Below are positions 11,888-25,300 of a stretch of DNA of 64,000 bases, one piece after another. The notes below the pieces were generated by a model. That model saw only the letters and a list, made by a program, of their open reading frames with translations, was not told the DNA's origin and did not search any database. The stretch is from NCBI GenBank assembly GCA_965240325.2, contig OZ251222.1:992001-1056000 (forward strand). The letters run 5' to 3'. The first letter of the stretch is position 1. Every line of letters begins with the position of its first letter. Source of the DNA: Rebecca billardiae RCC1528 (taxonomy: Eukaryota > Protista > Haptophyta). Made by a program: the position numbers and the translations under genes.

Positions 11888-14520
11888 CACAGTGCCGTAA
11901 AACTGCTCAGGGTGACGTTTTAAGTTGTCCGCACCACTAGTCGAATCATCGGACAATTCTGAAGCGGTGCGCCTAAATTCGGCGCACCATAGGCGCGTCG
12001 AATCGTGGCACAGACCTTGGTAGCAGGCCACACCTGAGCGCGCTGCGCGCGCCGACGCGCGCTCGGCGCGGGCAAAAAATCATGCGCCGTTGGCATTACG
12101 CAGCCCCGCGCAGCGCTGTGCTCGAGCTCGGCGGCGGCGAAAGCGGGCGGGCGCACACGGCGGTGCCCGTGCGCGCTGCTCCGAGCGCAGCTGCGGCCAC
12201 CCCGGCGGCATACCGCCGGTCGAGGGCACGAAAACCGATTTTTCGGGAAAATGCAGAGCAGCGGCGCCCGAGCGCGCCCGAGCTCGTCGCAGCACAGTCT
12301 CCTGGTGGCTGCGCCCCGTGAAGCCACGCCACGCGGGGCGCTGGCGTGCGCGTGGCCTGCGCCCACCGTGCGCTGCCCGATCATGGCCGTCGACCGCTCC
12401 GAGCGCCTCACCACGCGTGCTCGAGCCCACCGATACTGACGCCCGAGCACGGTGCCGGCAGCGCTCGCAGGTGGGCGTCGGAGAAAACACGCCGGCCGAA
12501 CGAGCTTGAAGCGTCCGCCGCGATGCCAACGGCAGCGGACGACGTGCGCGCCACCTCGGCGCCAGTCGCCCAGCCCTTGCGCGGCGGTGCGGGCTCGCTC
12601 GTTCGCCGCCATCAGCTGCGCGCGCGCAGCCCGATCACTGCCCGCTGGTTCTGTTGTCGAGCAGCTGCGGCCTGCCACGCGCACTGCCGGACATTGAGCC
12701 ACAGCGCGAGCACGCGCCTCGTCTGGCACGCGCGAGCACTCAGCATCGTGCGTGGCCACCATGACGCGCCCATCTGCGCCAGCAGCGATGAGCACGCCGC
12801 CGTTCAGCTCGCATCGGGCTCGCTCGCGACGCAGCAACGCGCGGCCGTAGCGGCAGCAGCGGCGCCGTCGAGCACGCGCAGCAAACAAATATGCAGCGCG
12901 GGCGAGTCGACGGTCTGGAAAATGCGCGATCACGCCACAGCAGGCTGGCAGAGCCCGCCCGAGCTGCAGCATGCCGTAGGTGCTGCCCCAAGCTCTCGAC
13001 TGCCCGTAAGCGGCGGCATGTGCGGCGGCGCCGGCGGCGGCCATGCTGCCACGCCGTTGCGCGCCGCGGGGCGCCGTCGGCACCTCCGTGGTGAAGCGCA
13101 CAGAGCTCGAGCCCACGGGGGCTGGCGACCGTCAAACCGACACCCCATGACGCGGGGCTGCGTGCGCCAGCTGCGCGCACTCCGTGGGCCCACCTAGCCC
13201 GCTCGAGCAGCTCGCCTTGGGTGCGCGCAGCGGCTCGAGCACACTGGTATGGGACGCCTGCCTGCGGTGCCGCCGAGCACATGCGGCCGACGGTCACTCA
13301 GCACGGGCGACTCGACGGCGGCGAGCAGGCGCGACGGCCTCGCCGCGCCGCGGAAAAGCCTGCCCGGGCTGCAGCACGCCGTAGGAGCAGCCCAGCGCCC
13401 TCCTCCGCCCTCCAGCTTCGGCGCGCGCAGCAGGCCCGGCGGCGGCCATGCTGGCGTGCCCAAGCATGAAGATGGGCGCGGCCGGCCGCGCCGTCGCAAA
13501 GCGCGCAGAACTCGAGCTCGGGGGGGCGGACGGCCGCCAAACTGGCGCGGCAGGACGTGGCACTGCGTGCGCCAGCTGCGCGCACCCGCTGCGCCCGCGT
13601 GGCCCGTGCGAGCGCCGCGCCTCGAGCACACGCAGCTGCTCGACACAGCCACGGCAGTGTGGCTTGTGCGCGTGCACGTGATCAGTCTCAGCTCTGAGGC
13701 GCGCGCTCAGGAGGGCTGCGGCCGGGCCGAGCGCGATCTGCGCGGACGGTATAGCCTGGCGGCTCATGCCAGCCAGCCCAAAGCCCGCTCCGCCATCCGC
13801 GTCATGGCGCTCCAGCCTCTCGCGTGCTGCGCTGCAGCCGCGCTCGGCAAAGACGTCGCCCAGCCCGCCTTGCACGCGGCTGAGCAGTGGCAGCCAGGCG
13901 AAGCGTCGTCGCGGGCGAGGCTGCGCTGGGTGATGCGGCTCGGGTCGGTGGGCAAGTCGCACCCCGCCGTCGGTCGCCTCCACGCCTCAGGCTCGCTCGA
14001 GGTCAAAGACAACTGCGCGGCGCGGCGTTTGCACGGGCGGGCCGCGGGCGTGGCGGGGTGTACGCGTGCAATGTCACAGCCTCCCACACAATTTCAGGAG
14101 GGTGAGACGCACCGCCAGCGGCACCCGCACACAATCCCACCCTGCGCGAGCCACCTGCCGTGTCGACTGAAGCATCAGGCTCGGGCGCAACCGCGGGCGG
14201 CGCATGCAAGAAGCTCGCGAAACGCACCGCGCGCGCCGTGAGGGCGAAAGGAGAGCACCCGTCAGGGCGGCGAGGAACTTGCCCAGCGCCACGCGGAAGA
14301 CGACCCCAGCCCGCGTCGACGCATAGTCGGGCCCGCGAGCAGCCTCGTCGGTCTTCGCCGAGTAGATCGCGCCGCGAGCCGAGGCACCGCTCGTTTGAGG
14401 CTCCGTCCGCCGCGAAGTCGCGGCTTCCACCCGAGTTCCACTGTCCGGCCGAGACCGGATTCGCTGACTCGAGCTGCGGACCGTCCGAAGCGTCACGGAA
14501 AATTCCAATCCTGCACTGTG
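11888..14520. mobile_element. Non-autonomous CMC/Transib-like DNA element with CACAGTG termini
   Basis: Ungapped 46 bp imperfect TIR CACAGTGC-N16-GTGACG-N9-GTCCGCA at 11888-11933 and inverted at 14475-14520. AA on both flanks. Internal ~405 bp degenerate tandem repeat. Confidence 0.65.
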
Positions 14521-14564
14521 AAACACATCATCACATATCAGTTCACACACGACACGCACATTCC

Positions 14565-14956
<392 letters not shown>

Positions 14957-15762
14957 TGATGTATAGTAGTAGCAATTATTATAGTCAAATAAGTTATTAG
15001 CTCCTGCGAACTCGGAACTGCCGCGCTGCTTGTAGACCTGCCGAGCGTAGCGCGGTTCACTGCGGCGCGGTACGGCTCAGTAGACGGTAGCTGAGCAGCG
15101 GCCTTCAGGTTCCGCTGCCGGCCTTGTGTCGACCGCGATCAACTACCAGTGGCGCCAGCCAGTCAGTGACTCGTGAGTCTCGCCCTCGGGTGCCACCGCA
15201 TATTCACTTGGGCTGCCGGGCGCCGACCGGCGACGGCGTGATGTCGCGTTCGAGCCGCCCGACTCCCGAGGCTCCGGGCCGAGGCCTGCAGCCCGGTGGC
15301 AAGTGCCCGAACGAAGTGGCAGGGTAAGCTATCAGCGCTATATATATATATATATTATTGGCGCCCGTCAACTGTCGGCGTCACACCTGAGCAGTGAGCC
15401 GACTGCGCGAGAATGCCGAGTCAGCTCAGTCAGCTAGCTACTGAGTGGCGATGTTTGCGGGGGCGGCCGGCGGCCGATGATATCAAATAAGGTACTACTG
15501 GTATACTGATCATGATATGACGACATGATCTATTGATCGTCGACGTCGTCAATCGTCATGAATGACGATGACGATGACTGATGCTGATGGCCAGCGCCGC
15601 TGCTGGGACCGCCCGGGGCGCGGAGGGCGCGCAGCTTGGAAGCCTGTGCCTATGGAGTGGAGTGTCCCGTGGCGGGGGGCACGAACCACGTTGTCAAAAT
15701 TAGATCGAATGAAATTCTTATTTTGATCATCAACTAGAATAGCAGTTATATTTAATAACTAG

Positions 15763-16306
<544 letters not shown>

Positions 16307-16313
16307 AGGGTCA

Positions 16314-19300
16314 TCATCCAAAGCCAAAGATGTCGCCGAGCACCCGGCGCGGCCGGCGGAGCTGGTGGACCAGCGGCTCGATGAATACCTCGAGCGCCCA
16401 CGAGCGCCACGACTCGGGGACCACGTGCTTGACGATGTAATCGACGACCACCTCGATCATCACCATGCACGGCTCGACGACACCCACCTTGAAGGCCGTC
16501 TCGAAGGCCCACGCGAGCATCACCTGCTCACGCCACACGGACGGGTCGCGGATGCGGACGCCGCCCGAGGAGCGAGAAGGAGAGGAGCAGCGCGACGAGC
16601 GCGAGCATGAGCAGCAGGTTGACCACCCACACGAGCCGCCTCTTCCACGGCCTCGGCTTGTTGGCCCACCACTTGGCGTGCTGCAGCTCATTCTGCGAGA
16701 GTCGCACCTGCTCCTGCACGCGCGCCTCCGTGAGCTCAGGGAGCGGCTGCACGCCGTCACGCGCTCCGACGCCGGCGTCGCGCGCCGGCGGCGCGTCAGC
16801 CGCGCGCGCGATGCGCGGCAGGCGGAGCTGGCTGAGGTTGAAGGCTGTCCGTGATAAGCGAGAGCGCATGGAGCGCATGGAGCGTTGTGTGCCGTGCGAG
16901 GCGAGGTGCGCGCGGTGGTAAGCGCCGAGCGCCTCGCGCGTCGCGAAGTCCGGCTCGATGACGATGTCGGCCGGCGTGAGCGCGCGGCCGTCAGAGAAGG
17001 GCGTCGCGCCGTACACGACGCGCACCATCTTGACCACGGGCTCCCGCCCGCCTGGCGTACCGCCTCGAACGGCGCGGCCACGCCAAAGTCCTTTTCGATG
17101 GCCTCGTGCCGCGCCGGCGGCACACGGTACACGAGTTCTGCCTGCACAAAGCGCACTCCTGGCAGCGCCGCGGCCACCTCGTCGTAGCGCGCCTGCTCGG
17201 GGTCGGGGCTCGCCGATGCGCGCGGCGACAGCGCGCACGAGTGATGCGCGCCGCCCGCGCCCGTTTCTTTCGTCGGCACGCAGCCTGGTCGTGCCACTCG
17301 CGAAGAAGCCGACAAGCTGGCCGCTGTCTTGCGGGATCGAGATGAGCGCGTGCTGCGGCATGGTCAGCTCGAACGCTCCCGACGCGACGCCGATGGCGCT
17401 CTTGAAGAGACTCGTGCGCCGGCCGGTTATCTCGCGCGAGTATGCGCGGCCGAGGTGGTGCGCCGGCGCGTCCCCGTCGCGGAAGCGCACGACGGCGCTC
17501 TCGCTCGTGCCGACGAGCTTGATGCCGTCGGGTCGAACGTACCGGAGGCCCGACTTGCGCGGGGGCCCGCCGCCGTCGGTGCCGCGCGTCGTCGCCTCTG
17601 TGAGCACGCGACCGACGGGGGGCGGGTGCGGCGGGTGCGGCTGTCCAGGAAAGACCGTCACGCTAATTTCGCTAGGCTGGACGAGCTGCGTGCCGCCGCC
17701 GCCGCGGCGGGCGTGTTCGCGCGACGCGCGCGCGCTGAACTCAGGCTCGCGGGTGCTGCTGCCGCCGCTGCTGCCGCTGCCTCCGCCGCTGCCACCGCCG
17801 GCGTTGGTGGGACTACTGCTGCCCTCGCAGCTCGCTGACCCCCCCGGACGCACGCGTGCGGCCGTGACCGCGCCGGCGAGCGAGGACCCCGCAGCAGGTC
17901 TTGGTGCGAGCGAGGGCGAGCGCTCCCGGCCTCTCCGCTCCGCCGCGGGCGCGTCGAGCAGCCCGCGCCGCTTTGCCGCCCATCCCCACAGCTTCTCGAG
18001 GAAGAGCGTCTCGAACGGGTAGCCCGCTGCGATGCCCACGCCGGCGGCGAGCACAACCTGCGCGGCGCCCTGCACGTCCTCCGTGCCGATGAAGAGCGCG
18101 ACGACGAACAGCTCGAGGAGGGTCACGTTGACGAGCACGGCTAACCTCTGTTTGGCGGTGATCGGGTTGCCGGGCAGCCGCGTGAGCCACGCCGTGGCTG
18201 TGGAGCGCGTGAGCAGCGCGGCGCCGGCGCGCCACGCGAGCGAGGTGCGCGCGCGCTGCTTCCACTTGGGCACGAGCGGCTCTGTCTCGACCGAAACGTC
18301 GACGCTGTACGCGACGAGCAGCAAGATGCCAAACAGACTGAGCACAATCGCGACGACCACGACGCCCCAAAAGTTGGTGGCCAGCCGCTGCTGGAGTGCG
18401 ATCACGACGCTCGTGGCTGTTGGGTTCTCGACGGTGTCCTCGAACGGGTTGTTCACGGCGATCTCACCCTGCCCCTCCTCGGCTGCCAGCGTCGTGATCG
18501 CGACGGAGAGCGCAGCAAAGTCGGTCAGGTGGTCGCACGCGCACACCAGCTCGGCGCCGCTCACGCTGCTGCTCGCGAGCGCGCGGCAGCCCTCGGTCGA
18601 CCAGCGCTGCTCCGTCTCGTTCCAAAAGTGGCAGAGCACGAGCTCGTCGCACGCCGGACCCGCGTAGCGCGCGTCGCACTCGCACACGCCGAGCGTGCTG
18701 TTGCACTCGCCGCGCGACGCGTCGCCCGGCGTGGCGCACTCAGCGTCTGCCGCGCACGCATCGGCCGCCGCCACCGCGCCCGCACTCGTCTCGAGCGACG
18801 CGAGCGCGCGCGCGTCTCCACGCAGCAGCGGGATCGCGATCTGCACGGGCTCAGCCAGCCCGCCGATCTCGAGCGCGTCACGCGACCGCGCGGCGAGCAG
18901 CCGCACGCTGAAGAGCGACGACTGGAGCGCGCGCTGCTCGGCCGCGTCGTACAAGGCATCGGCGGCGCCGGTCTCGTCGGCTCCGGCGAGCGCGCCCGCG
19001 TCGGCGGCCTTGCCGCGAGGGTCGTCGTGCACGTTGCGCTGCAGCAGCACGAGCTCGACGTCGACGCCGTCGCCGAGGAGCTCGCCGGCCGTCTCGCTGG
19101 CCGCCGCCGAGCCGCCCCCGCCAGCACCGCCCGCCTTGACGCCGTCAAAGACGCGCGGCGGGAGCGTGACGCGCCCGAGGCCGCCCGGGCCGCGCAGCGT
19201 CGAGTTGTCGAGCGCGCTCGGCAGCGCGCGCAGCGACGTCAAGTTGACGCGCTCGCCGAGCAGCTCGCGCGCCGCCTCGCCCGGCAGCACGCCGACGATG

Positions 19301-22300
19301 AGCCCACTGGCCAGCGCCGTGACTGTGCGCTGAACCGCAGCGTTGATCGCGGCGGTCGCCACCGCCTCGTCAGCCGCCGCCGCGTCGGCCGCCTCGTTGG
19401 CGTCGGCGTCGGCGTCGGCGTCGGCGTCAGCGTCGGCGCCGGCGCCGGCGCCGGCGCCGGCTTCGCCGGCGACGCCGTCCGGAGTGCCGTCGTCGTCGCC
19501 TCCTGAGCTCGCGCCTTCCGTCCTCAGCACGGCATCGAGCCCGCTGACCGAGTTCGCCCCCGTCGTTGCGTCGAGCCCGGTGTCGTCACGCGCGCCCTCG
19601 GCGATGGTGGCGAGCTGCGAGAGCCCTTCGAGCTGCGCGGCCGAGTCGAGCGCGTCCGAGACGGCGAGCACGGCTGCGAGCGCGTTCGATGTCTGCGCGC
19701 GCCCACCCTCGTCGAGCGCCGAGCCGTTGGCGGCGGCGGCGGTCACGGTCAGCATCTCGTTGACGACCGCGCGCGCCTCCGTCGCGTTGCGCGCGGCGAT
19801 CGCGCCGACGTCCACGCCTGCGGCCGCGACGATGAGCTGGAGGGCCGCGTCCGTGTCGCCCGCGTCGAGTGCGTCGGACGCGGCGCCGATGGTCACGCGC
19901 GTGCTCGCGGCCGTCGTGTTCTCGCGCGCGGCGAGCACGACGCGCACGCGTGCGGTAGCGGAGGCCACGCCGTCGAACTGGTCGAGCACGTCGACCGTCG
20001 CGTCCAGCTCGCCCTGCGGCAGCACGACCGACGCGCTCGGGTCGAGCGTCGCGGCGGCGGAGACGAACTGCTGCGTGCCGGCGCCGTCGCCGCCGAGCGC
20101 GAGGGTGCGGTATCCAAACCGGTAGCGCAGCGGCAGGTCGTCCGCGTCGTCGTCGGTCCACGCGGCCGCGCTCAGCGCGATCGGGCTGAGCGCCTCCACC
20201 TCGGAGGGCTCAGCGCGCAGCGAGCCGCCGTACGGCGGGCGGTTGATCTCGACGGCCGCGCTCGCCACCGCGGGCCGCGCGCCACCCGTCAGCTCCAGCT
20301 GTAGCACGTACGTCGCGCCCGGCGTCAGCACGCCGCTGCGGAAGACGAACGAGGGCCGCGCGTCGCCCGTGGTCGTGACGGCGGTGGCGTCTGCCACGTC
20401 GAGCAGCGAGCCGCCGCGCGCGCGCGCGGGCACGCGCAGCTCGCCGACCAGCTCGAAGGCGCGCCAGCGGTAGGCGAAGGAGAGGTTCCCCGCTGTCTGC
20501 ACGGTGCGCGCGTCCGCGCTGAGCGCGGCGCCGACGCCGACCGCGCTCTCGGGGAGGCTCCACTCGGCGTTGGACTTGGCGCGCGCGAGCGCGGGCACGT
20601 CGACATTCGGGACGTAGTCGTTGATCACCTCCAGCGTCACGCGCGCGGTTGCGCTCCGGCCGTCGGCGCTCGAGACCGTCAGGCCGACGGCGTACGCACC
20701 GACGCCGCCGAGCGCGGCCGGTGTGAGCTTGATCGTCGGGCCGTCGACGACAACGCCCGCCGCCGCGGCCACGTTGACGGGCGCGCCGTCCGCCGCTCGC
20801 ACCACGGCCCATGCAAATGCGAGGCCCGCGCTCGTGCCCACATTCGGGTCGGTGCTCGCCGAGCCGTCGACGAGAAGCGATGGCGCCGTTACAGAGAGCT
20901 GGCGGTCGCCGCCAGCGATCACCGCGCGCACCGGCTGCGACGCGACGACGAGCTGCACGCTCGCGCGCGCGGCCGCGGAGGGCTCGCCGGCCATGCGCGC
21001 CGTCACCTCGAGAGTGTACGTGTACCGCGCAGCCAGCGTGTGGGGCGCGAGCTCGAGGGCAGCGCGCGCGCGTGCGGCGGTGCCAAAGGGCAGCGGCGGC
21101 GTCGGGCCGGCGGCGCCGTCCGTGCGCACCGCTCTCACGACAGCCCACGCAAAGCTGACCACTGTGCCGCGCGTCGCGCTCGGCCAGCACGCGGCGAGCT
21201 GCGCGCTCGCCTGCACGACGTTGGGCGCATCGGGGCGCACGGAGACGATCGCCGGCCCGCGGATCGCAACGCTCGGCTCGAGGCCGCCCGCGCGCACGAC
21301 AACGTGCCGCGCGATCGGCGACGACGCGCCGAGGAAGGAGGTGGTCCGCAGCTCAAACACGTACTGCTCGCCGCCCGGCGGGAGGGTCACGCTGAGCGTC
21401 GGCGCGGAGACGCGCTCGACAGCGGCGGAGAGCGCGGCGGCGGCGGCGGTGGTGAGCCCAACCGTCGTGTCGATCGACCACGCGTACGAGAGCGGCACGA
21501 TCCCGCCGCCGGCCGAGCCGGTGCTGCGCAGCGTCACGCGCTGGTCGGGGCACGCGGACGCGCGCGTCGGGCCGACGATCGACGCGCTCGGCGTCGGGCA
21601 GCCGCCGACGCACGCGTCCGCGGGCTCGAGCGGGATGGCGACGTCGCCCGATGCGCACAGAACGTCGGGGCACGGCACGCTGCTCGCGAGCGGGCGCAGC
21701 GCGTCCTCGCGCAGCACCACCTCGTCGCCCGGCGCGATGGCCGTGCGCGCGCTCAGCTGCACGACGAGCGTGCGGTCGTCCGCCCAGTAGCAGCCGGGCG
21801 CGGCCGAGGCGGCGCCGCGGATGCGCGCGACCGTCGCGTCGTCGAGCACGACGGTGCACGGCGCGACGCCGCTCATCCGTGCGCGGTCGGTCGGCTGCGC
21901 GTCGAACTGGATCACGAGCGCCGTCGCCGCGCCGTTGAAGCGCGCGCTCAGCAGCGCGGGCGCGTGGAGGCCCTCTGCGTACACAAATGAGCTGGCCCGC
22001 GTGGCCGACGCGCCCGCGGGCTGCGCGAACTGCTGGCCGTTGAGCGCGACCGAGACGACGACCGTCGAGTTGGGCACGCCGTACGGCGAGCGCACGCGGA
22101 TGGCGTCGGCCGAGACCGCGAGCGGCGGCGGCGCATCCACGTCCCCAAAGCGAACGCGCGCTGCCGCGCCCGCCGCCGCCGCGCCGGCCGCGGTCAGGTT
22201 GGTCGCGTTGAGCAGCCCGCCAAAGCCGCTGCCGCTCACCAGCACCTCGTTGCCGCCGCGCGGGTCGCCCTCGCGCGGCGAGACGGCGAGCACGCTCGGC

Positions 22301-25300
22301 TGCGCGTAGTAGCCGAACAGGAAGCCGGCGCTCGTCGTCGTGCCCGGCCGGGCGTCTGAAGAGAGGCTGAGCTCGAGCGAGCGCGCGCTGGCCGACGCGC
22401 TGGGCGGCAGCGTGCACGCGGCGCGCGACAGGGTGGCGCCGGGCACGGCGAGCAGCAGCGTCGCCGGCGCTGCGCACGCGCCGTCGAGCACGCAGCACAG
22501 CCCGTCGGCCGCGAGCTCGCGCCCAAAGCCCGCGCCGGTCAGCGTGACGCGCGTGCCGCCGCCGAGCGGCCCGCCGAGCGGCATGAACGAGTCGAGCCGC
22601 ACCGCAGAGATGTCGTACAGCGAGATCGCAATCTCGCCGAACGCGTTGAAGACGACGTCGCGCGCGTCGCCGTTGAGCGAGAGCTGCACCGCGTACCGCG
22701 CGCCGGCGACCGCCTCGGACGCCTGGATCTCGCGGCACACGGCGGTCGCGTTGTCGAGCACGGCGGCAGGGCGGCCGAACGGCTCGGCGCCGCCCTCGCG
22801 CGTGTACAGGCACGTGGCCACGCCCGCGCCGAGGTCGACAAAGCCCGCGCCCGTGAGCGTGAGCGGCACCGGCGCGGACGCGAGCGCGGCGGCGGGCACG
22901 CTCGAGGCCAGCTCGGCGGTGTACAGCGCGAGCTGGCTGCCGCCCGTCCCGAACGTGACGCCGGTCGGGCTCAGCTCCACGCCGACGCGCTGCACGGCCG
23001 CGCCGCTCGGCAGGCGGAGGAGCGGCAGCGGGCAGCGCACCTCGGTGGGCGAGAGCAGAGTGCCCGGCACGACCGCGCGCCCGTCGAAGCGGCACGCGAG
23101 CCCGCCGAGATCGGCGAAGCCCGCGCCGCGCAGCACGACGGAGCGCCCCTCGAGCCCGTCAGGCACGCCCGCCGGCTCGACGGCCGCTATCACGATGGCG
23201 GACGCGTCGAACCAGACGAACGTGCGCGTCGCGACGAGCGCGGCGGGCGACGAGCCGTCGCCCGCGCGCAGCTCGACGGCGACCGCGCCCGCGCTGAGCG
23301 GCGCCTCGAGCGGCTCGCACTCGACGGCGGTGGGCGTGAGCGAGCGCACGCCCGCCTCGAGCAGCGAGCCCGCCGCCGCCGCCGCGCTCGCGTTGGCGGC
23401 GTCGGCGGGGTAGAAGGCGCAGCTGAGCGCCGCGCGGAACGGGAGCGCCGGCTCGAGCCCGAGCCCGAGGATCGTCACGTTGGTCGGCGCGCCGACCGCC
23501 GCGCCGAGCGGGCGCACGCCGAGCAGCTCGGCGGTCGCGAGCGCGGGCGTGGGCGGGCTCGGCGGCGGTGCGGGCGATATGCGCGGCGGAGGCGGCAGCG
23601 TGGGCGGCGGCGTCGGCGGCGGCGACGGGCTCGGCGGCGGGGGCTTCGACGGGGGCGGCGGCGACGGGCTCGGCGGTGGCGGCGGGTTGGGCGGCGGCGG
23701 GCGGCTCGGCGGCGACGGCGGGCTCGGCGGTGGCGAGCTGAATTCGCAGCTGCCGTCGTCAAACGTTGCGCTCGAGTCGTAGTTCACACCCGCCTCGTCC
23801 GTGCAGCCGGCAAAGACGCGCGTGGGCAGCTGGGTGAGCTCCAGCCCAAGCGCAGCCTGCAGCTCGTCGAGCGTGCGGTTGGCGAGCGAGACCTCGACGT
23901 CGAGCATCGGGCCGTCCGCCTCGCGCTGGTAGATCTCGACGGTGAGCAGCACCGAGCCGCCGCCCAGCCCGACGATGCGCATCTGCTCGGGCGGGATGCC
24001 CGTCAGCGCCGCCATCCCGGCGAGGATCTCGCCGATCGCCTCGGGCGTGAGCTCGGACACGACGCCGTCGACGGGCACGGAGAGGAGCGTGAGCGAGCCC
24101 GGCGGCGACGGCGGCGGCGACGGCGGCGGCGACGGCGGCAGCAGAGGTGGGGGCGACGGCGGATGCGGCGGCGGGTAGGGCTCTGTGCGCGGCGGCGGCG
24201 GCGGCGACGGAGGCGACAGCGGCGACGGGGGCGGCGACGGCGGCGGCGGTGGTGGCGACGGCGAGGGCGGCGGCGGGCGCGGCGGCGGGCGCGGCGGCGC
24301 GCTCGGCGGGGGCAAGGGCGGCGACGAGGGCGGAGGCCGGGGCGGCGGCGGCGGCAGCGGCAATGTGCGCGGGGGCGGCGGAGGGCTCGGCGGTGGCATC
24401 GGCGGCGAAACCGGTGGCGGGGACGGCGGTGGGGACGGTGGCGTCGACGGCGGCAGCGGGCTTGGTGGCGGTGCCGGCGGCGGCGATGGCGGGGGCCGCG
24501 GTGGCGCAGCCGGCGGCGGCGGGCTCGGCGGCGGGCGGGGCGGGGCGGCTGGTGGCGGGCTCGGCGGTGGGCTAGGCGGCTGGCTGGGGGTCGGGCTGGG
24601 CGGCGGGTTGGACGGCGGGCTCGGTGGTGGCGGGGTTGGCGGCAGGCCCGGCGGTGGGCTAGGCGGGGGACTCGGCGGCGGGGACGGCGGCAGGCTCGGT
24701 GGCGGGCTTGGTGGCGGACTCGGCGGTGGCGGGGTCGGCGGCGGGCTCGGCGGCGGGTTTGGTGGCAGGCTTGGCGGTGGCGGGGTCGGCGGCGGAGTCG
24801 GCGGCAGGCTCGGCGGCGGGGTCGGCGGCGGGCTTGGCGGCGGGCTGAGCGGCGGGCTGAACGGCGGGCTCGGTGGTGGTGGTCTCGGTGGGGGGCTCGG
24901 CGGCGGGCTCGGTGGGGGGCTCGGAGGCAGGCTCGGCGGTGGTGGGCTTGGCGGCGGGCTCGGTGGCGCGCTTGGTGGCGGTGGGTTGGGGGGTGGGCTC
25001 GGTGGAGGGCTCGGCGGCGGGCTTGGCGGTGGTGGGCTCGGCGGCGGGCTCGGCGGCGGGCTCGGCGGCGCGCTTGGTGGTGGCGGGTTGGGGGGCGGGC
25101 TCGGTGGGGGGCTCGGCGGCACGCTCGGCGGTGGTGGGCTCGGCGGCGGGTGGGGCGGTGGGCTCGGCGGCGGGCTCGGCGGTGGTCGGTTCGGCAGCGG
25201 GCTCGGCGGCGGGCTCGGCGGCGGGCTCGGTGGTGGTGCGCTCGGCGGCGGGCTCGGTGGCGCGCTTGGTGGCGGTGGGTTGGGGGGCGGGCTCGGTGGG

